Assembly: GCA_037443365.1 (NCBI GenBank)
Contig: JBBIOM010000006.1
Coordinates: 22,709 to 86,708, forward strand
Source: Armatimonadota bacterium
GTDB lineage: Bacteria; Sysuimicrobiota; Sysuimicrobiia; Sysuimicrobiales; Humicultoraceae
Direction: 5' to 3'
DNA: 64,000 nt
Shown here: piece by piece, positions 8,906 through 18,059 of the stretch
How the letters are laid out: each line of letters begins with the position of its first letter
How positions within the stretch are numbered: position 1 is the stretch's first letter
The notes under the pieces: generated by a model
Seen by the model: the letters and a program-made list of their open reading frames with translations, nothing else
Databases searched by the model: none
Told to the model about the DNA's origin: nothing
Translations under genes and position numbers: made by a program

Positions 8906-10298
8906 TATCCTCCCGCCCGCCGAGCCGTTTCGGATAAAGGCAGTGGAAGGGATCCGCCGGCTGAGCCGCGAGCAGCGCCTGCGCGCGCTGGAGGCCGCCC
9001 ACTACAACCTCTTCATGATCAGGTCAGGGGACGTCTACATAGACCTGCTCACCGACAGCGGGACCGGGGCCATGAGCGACCGGCAGTGGGCGGCCATGAT
9101 GGCCGGTGACGAGTCCTACGCCGGAAGCCGCAGCTTCGAGCACCTGGCGGGATCCGTGTCCGAGGTGATGGGGTTCCCGTACCTCGTACCCACGCACCAG
9201 GGCAGGGGAGCCGAGCATGTCTTGTTCTCCGCGCTCGTGGCCCCCGGCCAGCAGGTGATCGGCAACGTGCACTTCGACACCACGCGCGCTCACGTTGAGC
9301 ACCGGGGGGCGGAGGCGCTCGACTTCGCCGTTGAGGAGATCTACGACACCCAGGATCGGTCCCCGTTCAAGGGCAACCTGGATGTGGCGCGCGCGGACGA
9401 GCACATCAAGAGGGTCGGGCGGGACGCGGTGCCGCTCGTGCTCGTGACCGTGACCTGCAACTCGGGTGGCGGACAGCCCGTCTCCATGGCGAACCTGAGG
9501 GCGGTGCGCGCCCTGGCCGACCGCTGGGGGATGCCGTTCTTCCTGGACGCCTGCCGGTTCGCCGAGAACGCCTACTTCATCCAGCAGCGGGAGCCGGGAT
9601 ACGCCGAGCGGACCGTGGCCTCGATCGCGCGCGAGATGTGCGATCTGGCCGACGGCTGCACCTTCAGCGCCAAGAAGGATGGGCTTGCCAACATCGGCGG
9701 GTTCGTGGCGTTTCGCGACGCGGCGCTCTACGAGAAGGCGGTGCCGTGGGCGATCCTGTTTGAGGGCTTCCTGACCTACGGCGGCATGGCGGGCCGCGAC
9801 CTGGAGGCCATCGCGGTGGGCCTGCGCGAGGTGGTGGATCAGCAGTACCTGGAATGGCGCATAGGGCAGGTGGCGAGGCTGGCGGAGGGCATGCGCGCGG
9901 CCTCGGTTCCCCTGGTCGAGCCGACAGGCGGACACGCGGTGTTCCTTGACGCGCGGCGGTTCCTGCCGCACGTTCCCCCGGCGGCTTACCCGGCGCAGTC
10001 CCTGGCCTGCGAGCTCTACGCCGACGGCGGCGTGCGCGGGGTCGAGGTAGGCGGCGTCATGGCCGGCCGCGATCCGCGAACCGGACAGGAGCGCCTGCCT
10101 CGCCTGGAGATGGTCCGGCTGGCTGTACCGCGGCGCGTCTATACCGACGCGCACATGGCGGTCGTGGTCGAGACCGCCCGCCTGACACTTGCCCGCAGCG
10201 CCACGATAGGCGGCCTGCGGATCGTCCATGAGCCCCCGGTGCTTCGCCACTTCTCGGCGCGCTTCGCCCCGGTGGCGCCCGCGGATCTGCCACGGTGA
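8898..10298 (+). CDS. tnaA: Tryptophanase (PLP-dependent beta-eliminating lyase)
   Basis: IDLLTDSGT, HQGRGAE, SAKKD (PLP Lys); HFDTT and LRHF match tryptophanase rather than tyrosine phenol-lyase (YFTTT, LRFF). Confidence 0.85.
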   Translation: MPDILPPAEPFRIKAVEGIRRLSREQRLRALEAAHYNLFMIRSGDVYIDLLTDSGTGAMSDRQWAAMMAGDESYAGSRSFEHLAGSVSEVMGFPYLVPTHQGRGAEHVLFSALVAPGQQVIGNVHFDTTRAHVEHRGAEALDFAVEEIYDTQDRSPFKGNLDVARADEHIKRVGRDAVPLVLVTVTCNSGGGQPVSMANLRAVRALADRWGMPFFLDACRFAENAYFIQQREPGYAERTVASIAREMCDLADGCTFSAKKDGLANIGGFVAFRDAALYEKAVPWAILFEGFLTYGGMAGRDLEAIAVGLREVVDQQYLEWRIGQVARLAEGMRAASVPLVEPTGGHAVFLDARRFLPHVPPAAYPAQSLACELYADGGVRGVEVGGVMAGRDPRTGQERLPRLEMVRLAVPRRVYTDAHMAVVVETARLTLARSATIGGLRIVHEPPVLRHFSARFAPVAPADLPR

Positions 10299-10318
10299 AA
10301 TGTGTCGTCGCCGGATTC

Positions 10319-10347
10319 TTGACACCCCGCGGGTTAGCCGATACTCT
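10319..10347 (+). promoter_or_regulatory. Sigma70-type promoter of the nuo operon
   Basis: TTGACA-17 bp-TACTCT, 17 nt before the nuoA ATG. Confidence 0.65.
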
Positions 10348-10364
10348 AGCGTGGGCTTGATGGC

Positions 10365-10724
10365 ATGCTGCTTGTAGACTGGCTTTACGTCGCCGCCTTC
10401 GCGATCACCGGCCTATCCCTGGCCGGCCTGTCGCTGGCCCTGGTCTGGGTGCTCTCCCCCAGGGCGCCGTATCCCCAGAAGCGCACAACGTACGAGTCCG
10501 GCATCGTGCCCTTCGGCCAGGCATGGGCGCAGTTCAACATCCGCTACTACCTGTTTGGGCTGGTCTTCGTGATCTTCGCCGTAGAGGTGATCTACCTCTA
10601 CCCGTGGGCGATCGTGTTCAGGCAACTGGGCAGGTTCGCCTTCTTCGAGATGCTGATCTTCCTTGTCGTCCTTCTGGTCGCGCTGGCCTACGCCTGGCGG
10701 AAGGGTGCCCTCGAGTGGATCTGA
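10365..10724 (+). CDS. nuoA: NADH-quinone oxidoreductase subunit A
   Basis: [38 protein letters not shown]. Confidence 0.92.
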   Translation: MLLVDWLYVAAFAITGLSLAGLSLALVWVLSPRAPYPQKRTTYESGIVPFGQAWAQFNIRYYLFGLVFVIFAVEVIYLYPWAIVFRQLGRFAFFEMLIFLVVLLVALAYAWRKGALEWI

Positions 10725-10761
10725 GACGCCCGCTCCGCCCCGCGCATCCGGGGTTCCTGTC

Positions 10762-11739
10762 GTGAACTGGTGGGTCGAGATCGCCAAGGCCTTCCTGGCC
10801 GCGGTGGGGATGTTCACGTTCCTCGCCATCGTGGCGGCGATGTTTGGCGTGCTGCTCGAGCGCAAGGTGGGCGGGTGGATACAGTCCCGTCTGGGCCCCA
10901 AGCACGTTGGACCGCAGGGCGTGCTGCAGACCCTCGCGGATACCATCAAGCTGCTGCAAAAGGAGCACATAACCCCGCGCGCCGCGGACGTGCTTGTCTT
11001 CAACACCGCCCCCCTGATCGTGACGACCGCCGGGCTGATGGGCTGGCTGGTCATTCCGTTCGGGACGCTCTGGGGCAAGGTACTGGTCGTGCGCGACCTC
11101 AACATAGGCATCCTGTTCTTCGCGGCGATGGCCTCGATGACCGTGATCGGTATCCTGGCGGGCGGGTGGGCGTCCAACAACAAGTACTCCCTGCTCGGAG
11201 CGCTGCGCAGCGCCTCGCAGATGATAAGCTACGAGCTCCCCCTGGGGATCGCGCTCGTGGCCGTGGCCATGGAGGCCGGGACGCTCTCCACCGTGGGCAT
11301 CGTCCGGGCGCAGGACGGCTGGATGGGGTCGTTCATCTTCCGGCAGTTTCCCGCGTTCGTGATCTTCCTGGTCGCGGCCACGGCCGAGGTCAACCGCATC
11401 CCGTTCGACCTGCCCGAGGCCGAGAGCGAGCTGGTCGCTGGCTACCACTCGGAGTACACGGGCATGCGCTTCTCCCTGTTCATGCTGGGCGAGTACGCCG
11501 AGATGTTCGCCATGGCCGCCATGATCACGACGCTCTTCCTGGGCGGATGGAAGGGGCCGCTGCTGCCGCCCATCCTGTGGTTCTTCCTGAAGATGTACCT
11601 GGTGGTGTTCTTCATGATGTGGGTGCGTTGGACATACCCGCGCTTCCGGCTGGACCAGCTCCTTAATCTGAGCTGGAAGATCCTGCTGCCCGCCGGTCTC
11701 ATCTGGATCCTGATCTCGGGATACAGGATCACGTTCTAG
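10762..11739 (+). CDS. nuoH: NADH-quinone oxidoreductase subunit H
   Basis: [52 protein letters not shown] start chosen by homology. Confidence 0.92.
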   Translation: MNWWVEIAKAFLAAVGMFTFLAIVAAMFGVLLERKVGGWIQSRLGPKHVGPQGVLQTLADTIKLLQKEHITPRAADVLVFNTAPLIVTTAGLMGWLVIPFGTLWGKVLVVRDLNIGILFFAAMASMTVIGILAGGWASNNKYSLLGALRSASQMISYELPLGIALVAVAMEAGTLSTVGIVRAQDGWMGSFIFRQFPAFVIFLVAATAEVNRIPFDLPEAESELVAGYHSEYTGMRFSLFMLGEYAEMFAMAAMITTLFLGGWKGPLLPPILWFFLKMYLVVFFMMWVRWTYPRFRLDQLLNLSWKILLPAGLIWILISGYRITF

Positions 11740-11742
11740 ACC

Positions 11743-12234
11743 ATGGGTACTCTGATGGCGTTCATCATCCTGTCCGCGGTCACGCTGGTGCCCGCGGTCG
11801 TTGTGGTGACCTCCAAGAACATCGTGCGCAGCGCCCTGTCTCTGGTTCCGACGTTCCTGGGTATCACGGGGCTGTACGTCCTGCTGCGGGCGGAGTTCGT
11901 CGCCGGCATCCAGGTGCTGATCTACGCCGGCGCGATCACGGTGCTGATCCTCTTCGTCATCATGCTCACCGAGGGCGGCACCGGTGTGCGCGTCCGCCAG
12001 GTCAACGAGCAGGTGCCAGTCGGCGCGCTCGTAAGCGCCGTGCTCGCGACGCTTCTGATCTGGGTGTTCCTCCGCACACCCTGGCCCCAGGGCCCCGGAA
12101 CGCTGCCCGAGCACACCGCCGGCCAGATCGGCGTGACTTTTCTCTCGAGCATGGTGCTGGTCTTCGAGGTCACGAGCCTGGTGCTGCTGATCTCGCTCGT
12201 CGGCGCCATCATAATCGCGCGGCGCGAGCGGTAG
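11743..12234 (+). CDS. nuoJ: NADH-quinone oxidoreductase subunit J
   Basis: [35 protein letters not shown]. Confidence 0.92.
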   Translation: MGTLMAFIILSAVTLVPAVVVVTSKNIVRSALSLVPTFLGITGLYVLLRAEFVAGIQVLIYAGAITVLILFVIMLTEGGTGVRVRQVNEQVPVGALVSAVLATLLIWVFLRTPWPQGPGTLPEHTAGQIGVTFLSSMVLVFEVTSLVLLISLVGAIIIARRER

Positions 12235-12254
12235 CGCGGGGAGGCCGAGGCGGC

Positions 12255-12566
12255 GTGGCGGTCGGACTGACGCACTTCCTTGTGGTTGGCGCCCTGCTCT
12301 TCTGTTTGGGCCTCTACGGAGTGCTGACGCGGCGGAACGCGGTGGCGATCCTGATGGGCATCGAGCTGATGCTGAACGCCGCCAACATCAACCTGATCGC
12401 GTTCAACAAGTACGTGGCGCCCGCGGCGCTTGACGGGCAGGTGTTCGCGCTGGTCGTGATCACGCTGGCGGCCTGCGAGGTCGGCGTCGGCCTGGCGCTG
12501 GTCATTACGGCCTACCGTAACCTTGAGACGGTCTACGTCGACCGGATCGATGTGCTGAAGTGGTAG
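12255..12566 (+). CDS. nuoK: NADH-quinone oxidoreductase subunit K
   Basis: [28 protein letters not shown]. Confidence 0.92.
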   Translation: MAVGLTHFLVVGALLFCLGLYGVLTRRNAVAILMGIELMLNAANINLIAFNKYVAPAALDGQVFALVVITLAACEVGVGLALVITAYRNLETVYVDRIDVLKW

Positions 12567-12568
12567 CG

Positions 12569-14530
12569 ATGCGCGATCTGGCCTGGCTCATCCCGCTGTT
12601 TCCCCTGGTCGCGTTCGGGCTGATCACCGCCCTCGGGCGGCGCCTGCCCGGGGAAGGAAGCCACGTGGCGGTCGCCGGCATCGGGCTTTCGGCGCTGCTC
12701 TCGATCGGCATCTTCGTCGAGATGGCGTTCGGCGCTCCCCCGGCGGAGATGACCGTCCGCTGGATGATGCTGGGCGGCAATCCCCTGGAGCTGGGGTTCC
12801 GCGTGGACCACCTCACCACGATCATGCTGCTCGTGGTCACGGTCGTCGGCTCGATGATCTTCATCTACTCGATCGGCTACATGCACGGCGACCCGCGCTT
12901 CCCGCGGTTCTTCGCCTATCTCTCGTTGTTCGCGGCCTCGATGCTCCTGCTGGTGCTGGCCGACAACCTGCTCTTTCTGTACGCCGGCTGGGAGCTGGTG
13001 GGGCTGTGCTCGTACCTGCTGATCGGCTTCTACTTCGAGCGGCCCTCGGCCGCACGCGCGTCGCTCAAGGCCTTCCTCACCACGCGCGTGGGCGACTTCT
13101 TCATGTTCCTGGGAATCCTGCTCGTGTTCCTGACGCTTGGGTCGTTCCGGTTCGAGGAGATCTTCGCGCGCGTGCGCGAGGGCGCGCTCGCCGGAGCGAC
13201 GATCGGCGGCCTCCCCTTGCTGACGCTGGCGGCCGTGCTGATCTTCGGCGGGGCCGTGGGCAAGTCGGCTCAGGTGCCGCTCCACACCTGGCTCCCAGAC
13301 GCGATGGAAGGCCCCACGCCGGTCTCGGCCCTGATACACGCGGCCACGATGGTCGCCGCCGGCGTGTACCTGGTGGCGCGCACGTTCACGTTGTTCCTCG
13401 ACTGGCCGGCGGCGGGAGCGCTCCACGGCGGCGCCGCGCTGCAGGCGGTGGCCTACGTGGGCGGGATCACCGCGTTGATGGCCGCCACGATCGCGGTGGT
13501 CCAGGACGACATCAAGCGCGTGCTGGCCTACTCGACCATCAGCCAGCTCGGCCTGATGATGCTGGGCCTGGGGATGCTCGGCTACACCGCCGGGATGTTC
13601 CACCTGATGACGCACGCCTTCTTCAAGGCCCTGCTGTTCCTGGGCGCCGGCAGCGTCATCCACGCCATGGGTACGAACGATATCAAGGCGATGGGCGGGC
13701 TGGCCCGCACGATGCCCTCCACGTACTGGACGTTCCTCATCGGCGCGCTGGCGCTGGCGGGCGTGCCCCCGCTTGCGGGCTTCTGGAGCAAGGACGAGAT
13801 CTTGCTGGAGGCGTTCCACCACAACACCGGCCTGTTCGTGATGGCCGCCCTGACCTCGCTATTGACCGCGTTCTACATGTTCCGCGTCATCTTCTACACG
13901 TTCACCGGAACATTGAGGAGCCACGACGCCCACCCCCACGAAAGCCCACCCGTCATGACCCTGCCCCTGTGGGTCCTGGCCGGCTTCTCCGCTGTGGTGG
14001 GGCTGGTCGGGGCACCTATGCTGGGGAACCCCATGCACAGGTTCCTGCACTTCGAGGGGGTGGCGGCCGTCCCGTTCAGCGTTGGGCTGGCGCTCCTCTC
14101 AACCGCCATAGCCGGCGCCGGCATCCTGGCGGCGGCGGTCACATACCGCTGGGGCATCGTGCCTTCCAGCGCGCTGCGCCGCGCCGCCGGCCCGCTGTAC
14201 GCGCTGGTGGTACGCAAGTACTACTTCGACGAGCTGTACGCCCTGGCGGTTGTTCGCCCCGTCCTCTGGATCGGACGGTCGCTTCGGGTCTTCGACGTCT
14301 ACGTGATTGACATGCTGGTGAACCTGATCGGGGTCGGTGTCGTCGCGCTGGCCCGCCTGTACAGGCTGTTCGACCTGTACGTGGTGGACGGTGTGGTCAA
14401 CCTTGTGGGCTGGACGGCCAAGGCGCTCGGCGGGACCCTGCGCTACGTCCAGACCGGCCGCGCGCAGAACTACCTGCTGGCGATCGCGCTCGGCGTGATC
14501 GTGATCGTGGCCGCGGGGCTGCTCCGGTAG
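12569..14530 (+). CDS. nuoL: NADH-quinone oxidoreductase subunit L
   Basis: GWELVGLCSYLLIGF, GKSAQVPLHTWLPDAMEGPTPVSALIHAATMV, HAFFKALLFL; lengthened C-terminal helix. Confidence 0.93.
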   Translation: MRDLAWLIPLFPLVAFGLITALGRRLPGEGSHVAVAGIGLSALLSIGIFVEMAFGAPPAEMTVRWMMLGGNPLELGFRVDHLTTIMLLVVTVVGSMIFIYSIGYMHGDPRFPRFFAYLSLFAASMLLLVLADNLLFLYAGWELVGLCSYLLIGFYFERPSAARASLKAFLTTRVGDFFMFLGILLVFLTLGSFRFEEIFARVREGALAGATIGGLPLLTLAAVLIFGGAVGKSAQVPLHTWLPDAMEGPTPVSALIHAATMVAAGVYLVARTFTLFLDWPAAGALHGGAALQAVAYVGGITALMAATIAVVQDDIKRVLAYSTISQLGLMMLGLGMLGYTAGMFHLMTHAFFKALLFLGAGSVIHAMGTNDIKAMGGLARTMPSTYWTFLIGALALAGVPPLAGFWSKDEILLEAFHHNTGLFVMAALTSLLTAFYMFRVIFYTFTGTLRSHDAHPHESPPVMTLPLWVLAGFSAVVGLVGAPMLGNPMHRFLHFEGVAAVPFSVGLALLSTAIAGAGILAAAVTYRWGIVPSSALRRAAGPLYALVVRKYYFDELYALAVVRPVLWIGRSLRVFDVYVIDMLVNLIGVGVVALARLYRLFDLYVVDGVVNLVGWTAKALGGTLRYVQTGRAQNYLLAIALGVIVIVAAGLLR

Positions 14531-14573
14531 CCCGGATCGGGCGACGCCGGGAGAAGAGGGGGAAGGGACACGA

Positions 14574-16082
14574 ATGGAACGCTACCTGCTGACGATCACG
14601 GTGTTCCTGCCGCTCCTTGGCGCGCTGGCGATCCTGCTCATACCGAAAGGCCGCGAAGAGCTGATGAGGTGGGTGGCCGTCGCCGCAGCCGCGCTTGCCT
14701 TCCTGGCGTCGCTATGGATCCTGGGGCCGTACGAGATCGGCAAGGCAGGCATGCAGTTGCAGGAGCGCTACCTGTGGATTCCGGGGATCGGGATCAACTA
14801 CCACCTGGGCGTGGACGGCCTCGGCCTGCCCCTGCTTCTCATGACCACCCTGCTCTCCCTGCTGTCCGTGATCTACTCCTGGCGCGTGGATCTGCGGGTG
14901 AAGGAGTACCTGTTCCTGTTCCTGCTGCTCGAGACCGGGACGCTGGGCGTGTTCGTGGCGCTGGACTTCTTCCTGTTCTTCGTTTTCTGGGAGATAACGC
15001 TGGTGCCAATGTACCTCCTGATAGGCATCTGGGGCGGCCCGCGCCGCGAGTACGCGGCGATCAAGTTCTTCCTCTACACGCTTGTGGGCTCGCTGGCGAT
15101 GCTGCTGGCGATAATGCTGCTCTACTTCAGTTCTGAACCCCGCACGTTCGGAATAATGGAGCTCATCGGGCAGCAGCCGCTCGCGAAGGCCCCCACGCTC
15201 GCCGCGCTGGCGTTCTGGGGCTTCTTCCTGTCGTTCGCGATCAAGGTGCCGATGTGGCCGTTCCACACCTGGCTTCCGGACGCGCACGTGGAGGCGCCCA
15301 CGGCCGGCAGCGTGATCCTTGCCGCGGTCCTCCTGAAGATGGGCACGTACGGCTTCGTCCGGATCAGCCTCCCCATGCTGCCGGAGACCTTCAAGCTCTT
15401 CGCCATGCCGGTTGCGATCCTGGCGCTGCTGGGGATCGTCTACGGCGCGCTCGTGGCCATGGCGCAGACCGACCTCAAGAAGCTGGTCGCCTACTCCAGC
15501 GTCAACCACATGGGGTACGTGATGCTGGGCGTGGCGGCCGCGGCCGGCGCGGTGGGCATCCCCGAGAAGGCGCACGCCGCCACGATCGCGCTCAACGGGG
15601 CCGTATTCGAGATGGTGGCCCACGGCATCATCACCGGGGCGCTGTTCCTCATCGTCGGGGTGATCTACGACTACCGGGCTCACACGCGTGGGGTGAACGA
15701 GTTCGGAGGGCTGGGCGCCCGGCTTCCGGTCTACACCGGGGTCACCATGATGGCGATGCTGGCGTCACTGGGGCTGCCTGGCCTGATGGGGTTCGTGGCC
15801 GAGTTCCTCATCTTCGTGGGATCGTTTGGGGTGTTCCCCGAGCTGACCGCCGTGGCGCTGACCGGCGTCATCTTCTCGGCCGCGATGTTCCTGTGGACGA
15901 TCCAGCGCATATTCCTGGGTCCCCCGAACCCGAGGTGGGCCCACCTGCCCGATCTTGACCGGCGCGAGGTGATCTCGCTGGCTCCCCTGGCCGCGCTCAT
16001 GCTGATCTTCGGCGTCTATCCCCGCGCGCTGCTCGACGTGATCAACGTGGCGATGACCAGCCTGGTGACCGTGCTTCGGTAG
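14574..16082 (+). CDS. nuoM: NADH-quinone oxidoreductase subunit M
   Basis: FWEITLVPMY, KVPMWPFHTWLPDAHVEAPT, LLKMGTYG, AYSSVNHMG. Confidence 0.93.
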   Translation: MERYLLTITVFLPLLGALAILLIPKGREELMRWVAVAAAALAFLASLWILGPYEIGKAGMQLQERYLWIPGIGINYHLGVDGLGLPLLLMTTLLSLLSVIYSWRVDLRVKEYLFLFLLLETGTLGVFVALDFFLFFVFWEITLVPMYLLIGIWGGPRREYAAIKFFLYTLVGSLAMLLAIMLLYFSSEPRTFGIMELIGQQPLAKAPTLAALAFWGFFLSFAIKVPMWPFHTWLPDAHVEAPTAGSVILAAVLLKMGTYGFVRISLPMLPETFKLFAMPVAILALLGIVYGALVAMAQTDLKKLVAYSSVNHMGYVMLGVAAAAGAVGIPEKAHAATIALNGAVFEMVAHGIITGALFLIVGVIYDYRAHTRGVNEFGGLGARLPVYTGVTMMAMLASLGLPGLMGFVAEFLIFVGSFGVFPELTAVALTGVIFSAAMFLWTIQRIFLGPPNPRWAHLPDLDRREVISLAPLAALMLIFGVYPRALLDVINVAMTSLVTVLR

Positions 16083-16091
16083 GGGCCGCAG

Positions 16092-17534
16092 ATGCCTGTA
16101 CCCGTTGAGGATCTCTGGTCGTTCGTCCCCGAGCTCTGGCTGGCGGCCCTCGGGGTCTTGCTGCTGCTGTTCGACCTGTTCCTTCCGGCGGATCGCAAGC
16201 GGCTCGTGGGCTGGGCGGCCGTGGTGGGGTTGCTGTTCGCCCTCGTGCCCGTCCTGGGGATGCTGGGGATCCCGGCCCGCACCATCTTCTTCGACTCCTA
16301 CGCCGCGGATGGCTTCGCGGTCTTCTTCAAGATAATCGCCCTGACCTCCACGATCCTTGTCATCCTCTCGGCCATGGACGCGCTGCGCGGGCAGACCGGG
16401 TTCGAGGGTGAGATGTACGTGCTGCTGACCTTCGCGGCGCTGGGGGCGTGCCTGATGGCGGCCAGCGCCGACCTGATCCTGCTGGCGCTGTCAATCGAGC
16501 TCGTCAGTCTCTCCTCGTACGTCATGGCCGGCTACTTCAAGTCCGACCCGCGCAGCAACGAGGCCGGGATCAAGTACTTCCTGTTCGGCGCCGCCTCCTC
16601 GGCGGTGATGATATACGGGTTCTCAATCCTCTACGGCCTGACGGGCGAGACCAACCTCTACGTCATCGCCGAGCGGGTCCGAACCGCGCCGGGCCCTGCC
16701 CTGACACTCGCGGTGGGCATGGCGCTGGCCGGATTGGGTTTCAAGGTCTCGATGGTTCCGTTCCACCAGTGGACGCCGGATGTCTACGAGGGCGCGCCCA
16801 CGCCGGTCGCGGCGTTCCTCTCCGTGGCAAGCAAGGCGGCGGGGTTCGCGGCGCTGGTCCGGTTCCTGGTGGTGGCCGTCGAACCGGGCCCGGTGGACTG
16901 GGTTGCGCCGATCGCCGTCCTCTCCGCGGTGAGCATGACGCTGGGCAACCTGCTGGCCCTTCCGCAGCGCAACATCAAGCGGATGCTGGCCTACTCGAGC
17001 ATCGCCCACGCGGGCTTCCTGCTGATGGGTGTCGCGGCCCACCGCGGTGACTTCGGCGCCCCGGGCCTGCTCATCTACCTGCTGGCGTACACGTTCACGA
17101 ACCTGGGCGCGTTCTTCGTGGCGACGGCCGTCGGGGGACGGCTGGGCTCGGACGACATGACGGGCTACGCCGGCCTGGCTCAGCGCTCGGCCGGGATGGC
17201 CGCCGTCATGGCGCTGTTCATGCTCTCGCTCGCAGGCATACCACCCACAGGCGGGTTCTTCGGCAAGTTCTACATCTTCGGCGCCGCGATCAACAACGGG
17301 CTGCTGTGGCTGGCAGTGGTGGCTGTGGCCAACAGCGTGGTGGCGCTGTACTACTACGCGAACGTGATCCGGGTCATGTACCTGCTCCCGATCCCCTCAG
17401 GGGAGCCGGTGGGCGGGCCAGGGCCCCTGCGCCTTGCCCTTGGGATCGCCGCGCTGGGCACGCTGCTTGTGGGCGTGTTTCCGCAGCCGTTCGTCGCCCT
17501 CGCCGGTGCGGCCGCGATGCTGCTGCGGATGTAG
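16092..17534 (+). CDS. nuoN: NADH-quinone oxidoreductase subunit N
   Basis: EAGIKYF, FKVSMVPFHQWTPDVYEGAPTP, KRMLAYSSIAHAG, GIPPTGGFFGKF. Confidence 0.93.
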   Translation: MPVPVEDLWSFVPELWLAALGVLLLLFDLFLPADRKRLVGWAAVVGLLFALVPVLGMLGIPARTIFFDSYAADGFAVFFKIIALTSTILVILSAMDALRGQTGFEGEMYVLLTFAALGACLMAASADLILLALSIELVSLSSYVMAGYFKSDPRSNEAGIKYFLFGAASSAVMIYGFSILYGLTGETNLYVIAERVRTAPGPALTLAVGMALAGLGFKVSMVPFHQWTPDVYEGAPTPVAAFLSVASKAAGFAALVRFLVVAVEPGPVDWVAPIAVLSAVSMTLGNLLALPQRNIKRMLAYSSIAHAGFLLMGVAAHRGDFGAPGLLIYLLAYTFTNLGAFFVATAVGGRLGSDDMTGYAGLAQRSAGMAAVMALFMLSLAGIPPTGGFFGKFYIFGAAINNGLLWLAVVAVANSVVALYYYANVIRVMYLLPIPSGEPVGGPGPLRLALGIAALGTLLVGVFPQPFVALAGAAAMLLRM

Positions 17535-17591
17535 CGCCGGCTCACCCGACAGAACGCCGAAAACCGCGCGGGAGCACGCTCCTGACCTGTC

Positions 17592-17620
17592 TTGACGGGG
17601 TATGGGGGGTTTGCTACGCT
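17592..17620 (+). promoter_or_regulatory. Sigma70-type promoter of the V/A-ATPase operon
   Basis: TTGACG-17 bp-TACGCT with TGn extended -10. Confidence 0.6.
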
Positions 17621-17696
17621 GAAGTGTGGAGTGAGCCCCCGGGGCGACGCGTCCTGGGGGTTTCTTGCTGGCGGGATGCCGGGGAGCCGGGGAACC

Positions 17697-18059
17697 ATGG
17701 GCAGGAAGAACCCATCAGGGCAGGGGGACGACCACCACGCCGGCGACGACCTCCTCAAGATAATCGCCGACCGCGAACGCGAGCTGGAGACCCAGGCGGC
17801 GTCCGCCCGCGACGAGGCCGCGGCCGCGGTCGCACAGGCGCGCGCCCAGGCCGAGCAGATCGCGCGTGACGCGCGCCTGGAGGCGGCCAGGTTGGCCGAG
17901 GAGTCGGCGAGACGCATCGCGGATGATGTCCGGCGGATCGAGCACGAGGCTCAGGCCACCGCCCTGCGCGAGATCGAGAGGCTGCGCGCGCAGGCGGCGG
18001 CCCGTCGCGAGGCGGCCGCAGCCGATGTGGTCGAGCGCGTCATAGCAGGCGGCGAATGA
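17697..18059 (+). CDS. V/A-type ATP synthase subunit G (H), peripheral stalk
   Basis: Ala/Glu/Arg-rich coiled coil; first gene of the operon; stop overlaps subunit I start. Confidence 0.75.
   Translation: MGRKNPSGQGDDHHAGDDLLKIIADRERELETQAASARDEAAAAVAQARAQAEQIARDARLEAARLAEESARRIADDVRRIEHEAQATALREIERLRAQAAARREAAAADVVERVIAGGE

Noticed and set aside
8898-10298. Tyrosine phenol-lyase assignment
   Set aside because: HFDTT and LRHF match tryptophanase-type residues.
12569-17534. Mrp Na+/H+ antiporter or hydrogenase membrane module
   Set aside because: nuoA, H, J and K are present in complex I order; no MrpE/F/G or hydrogenase subunits.
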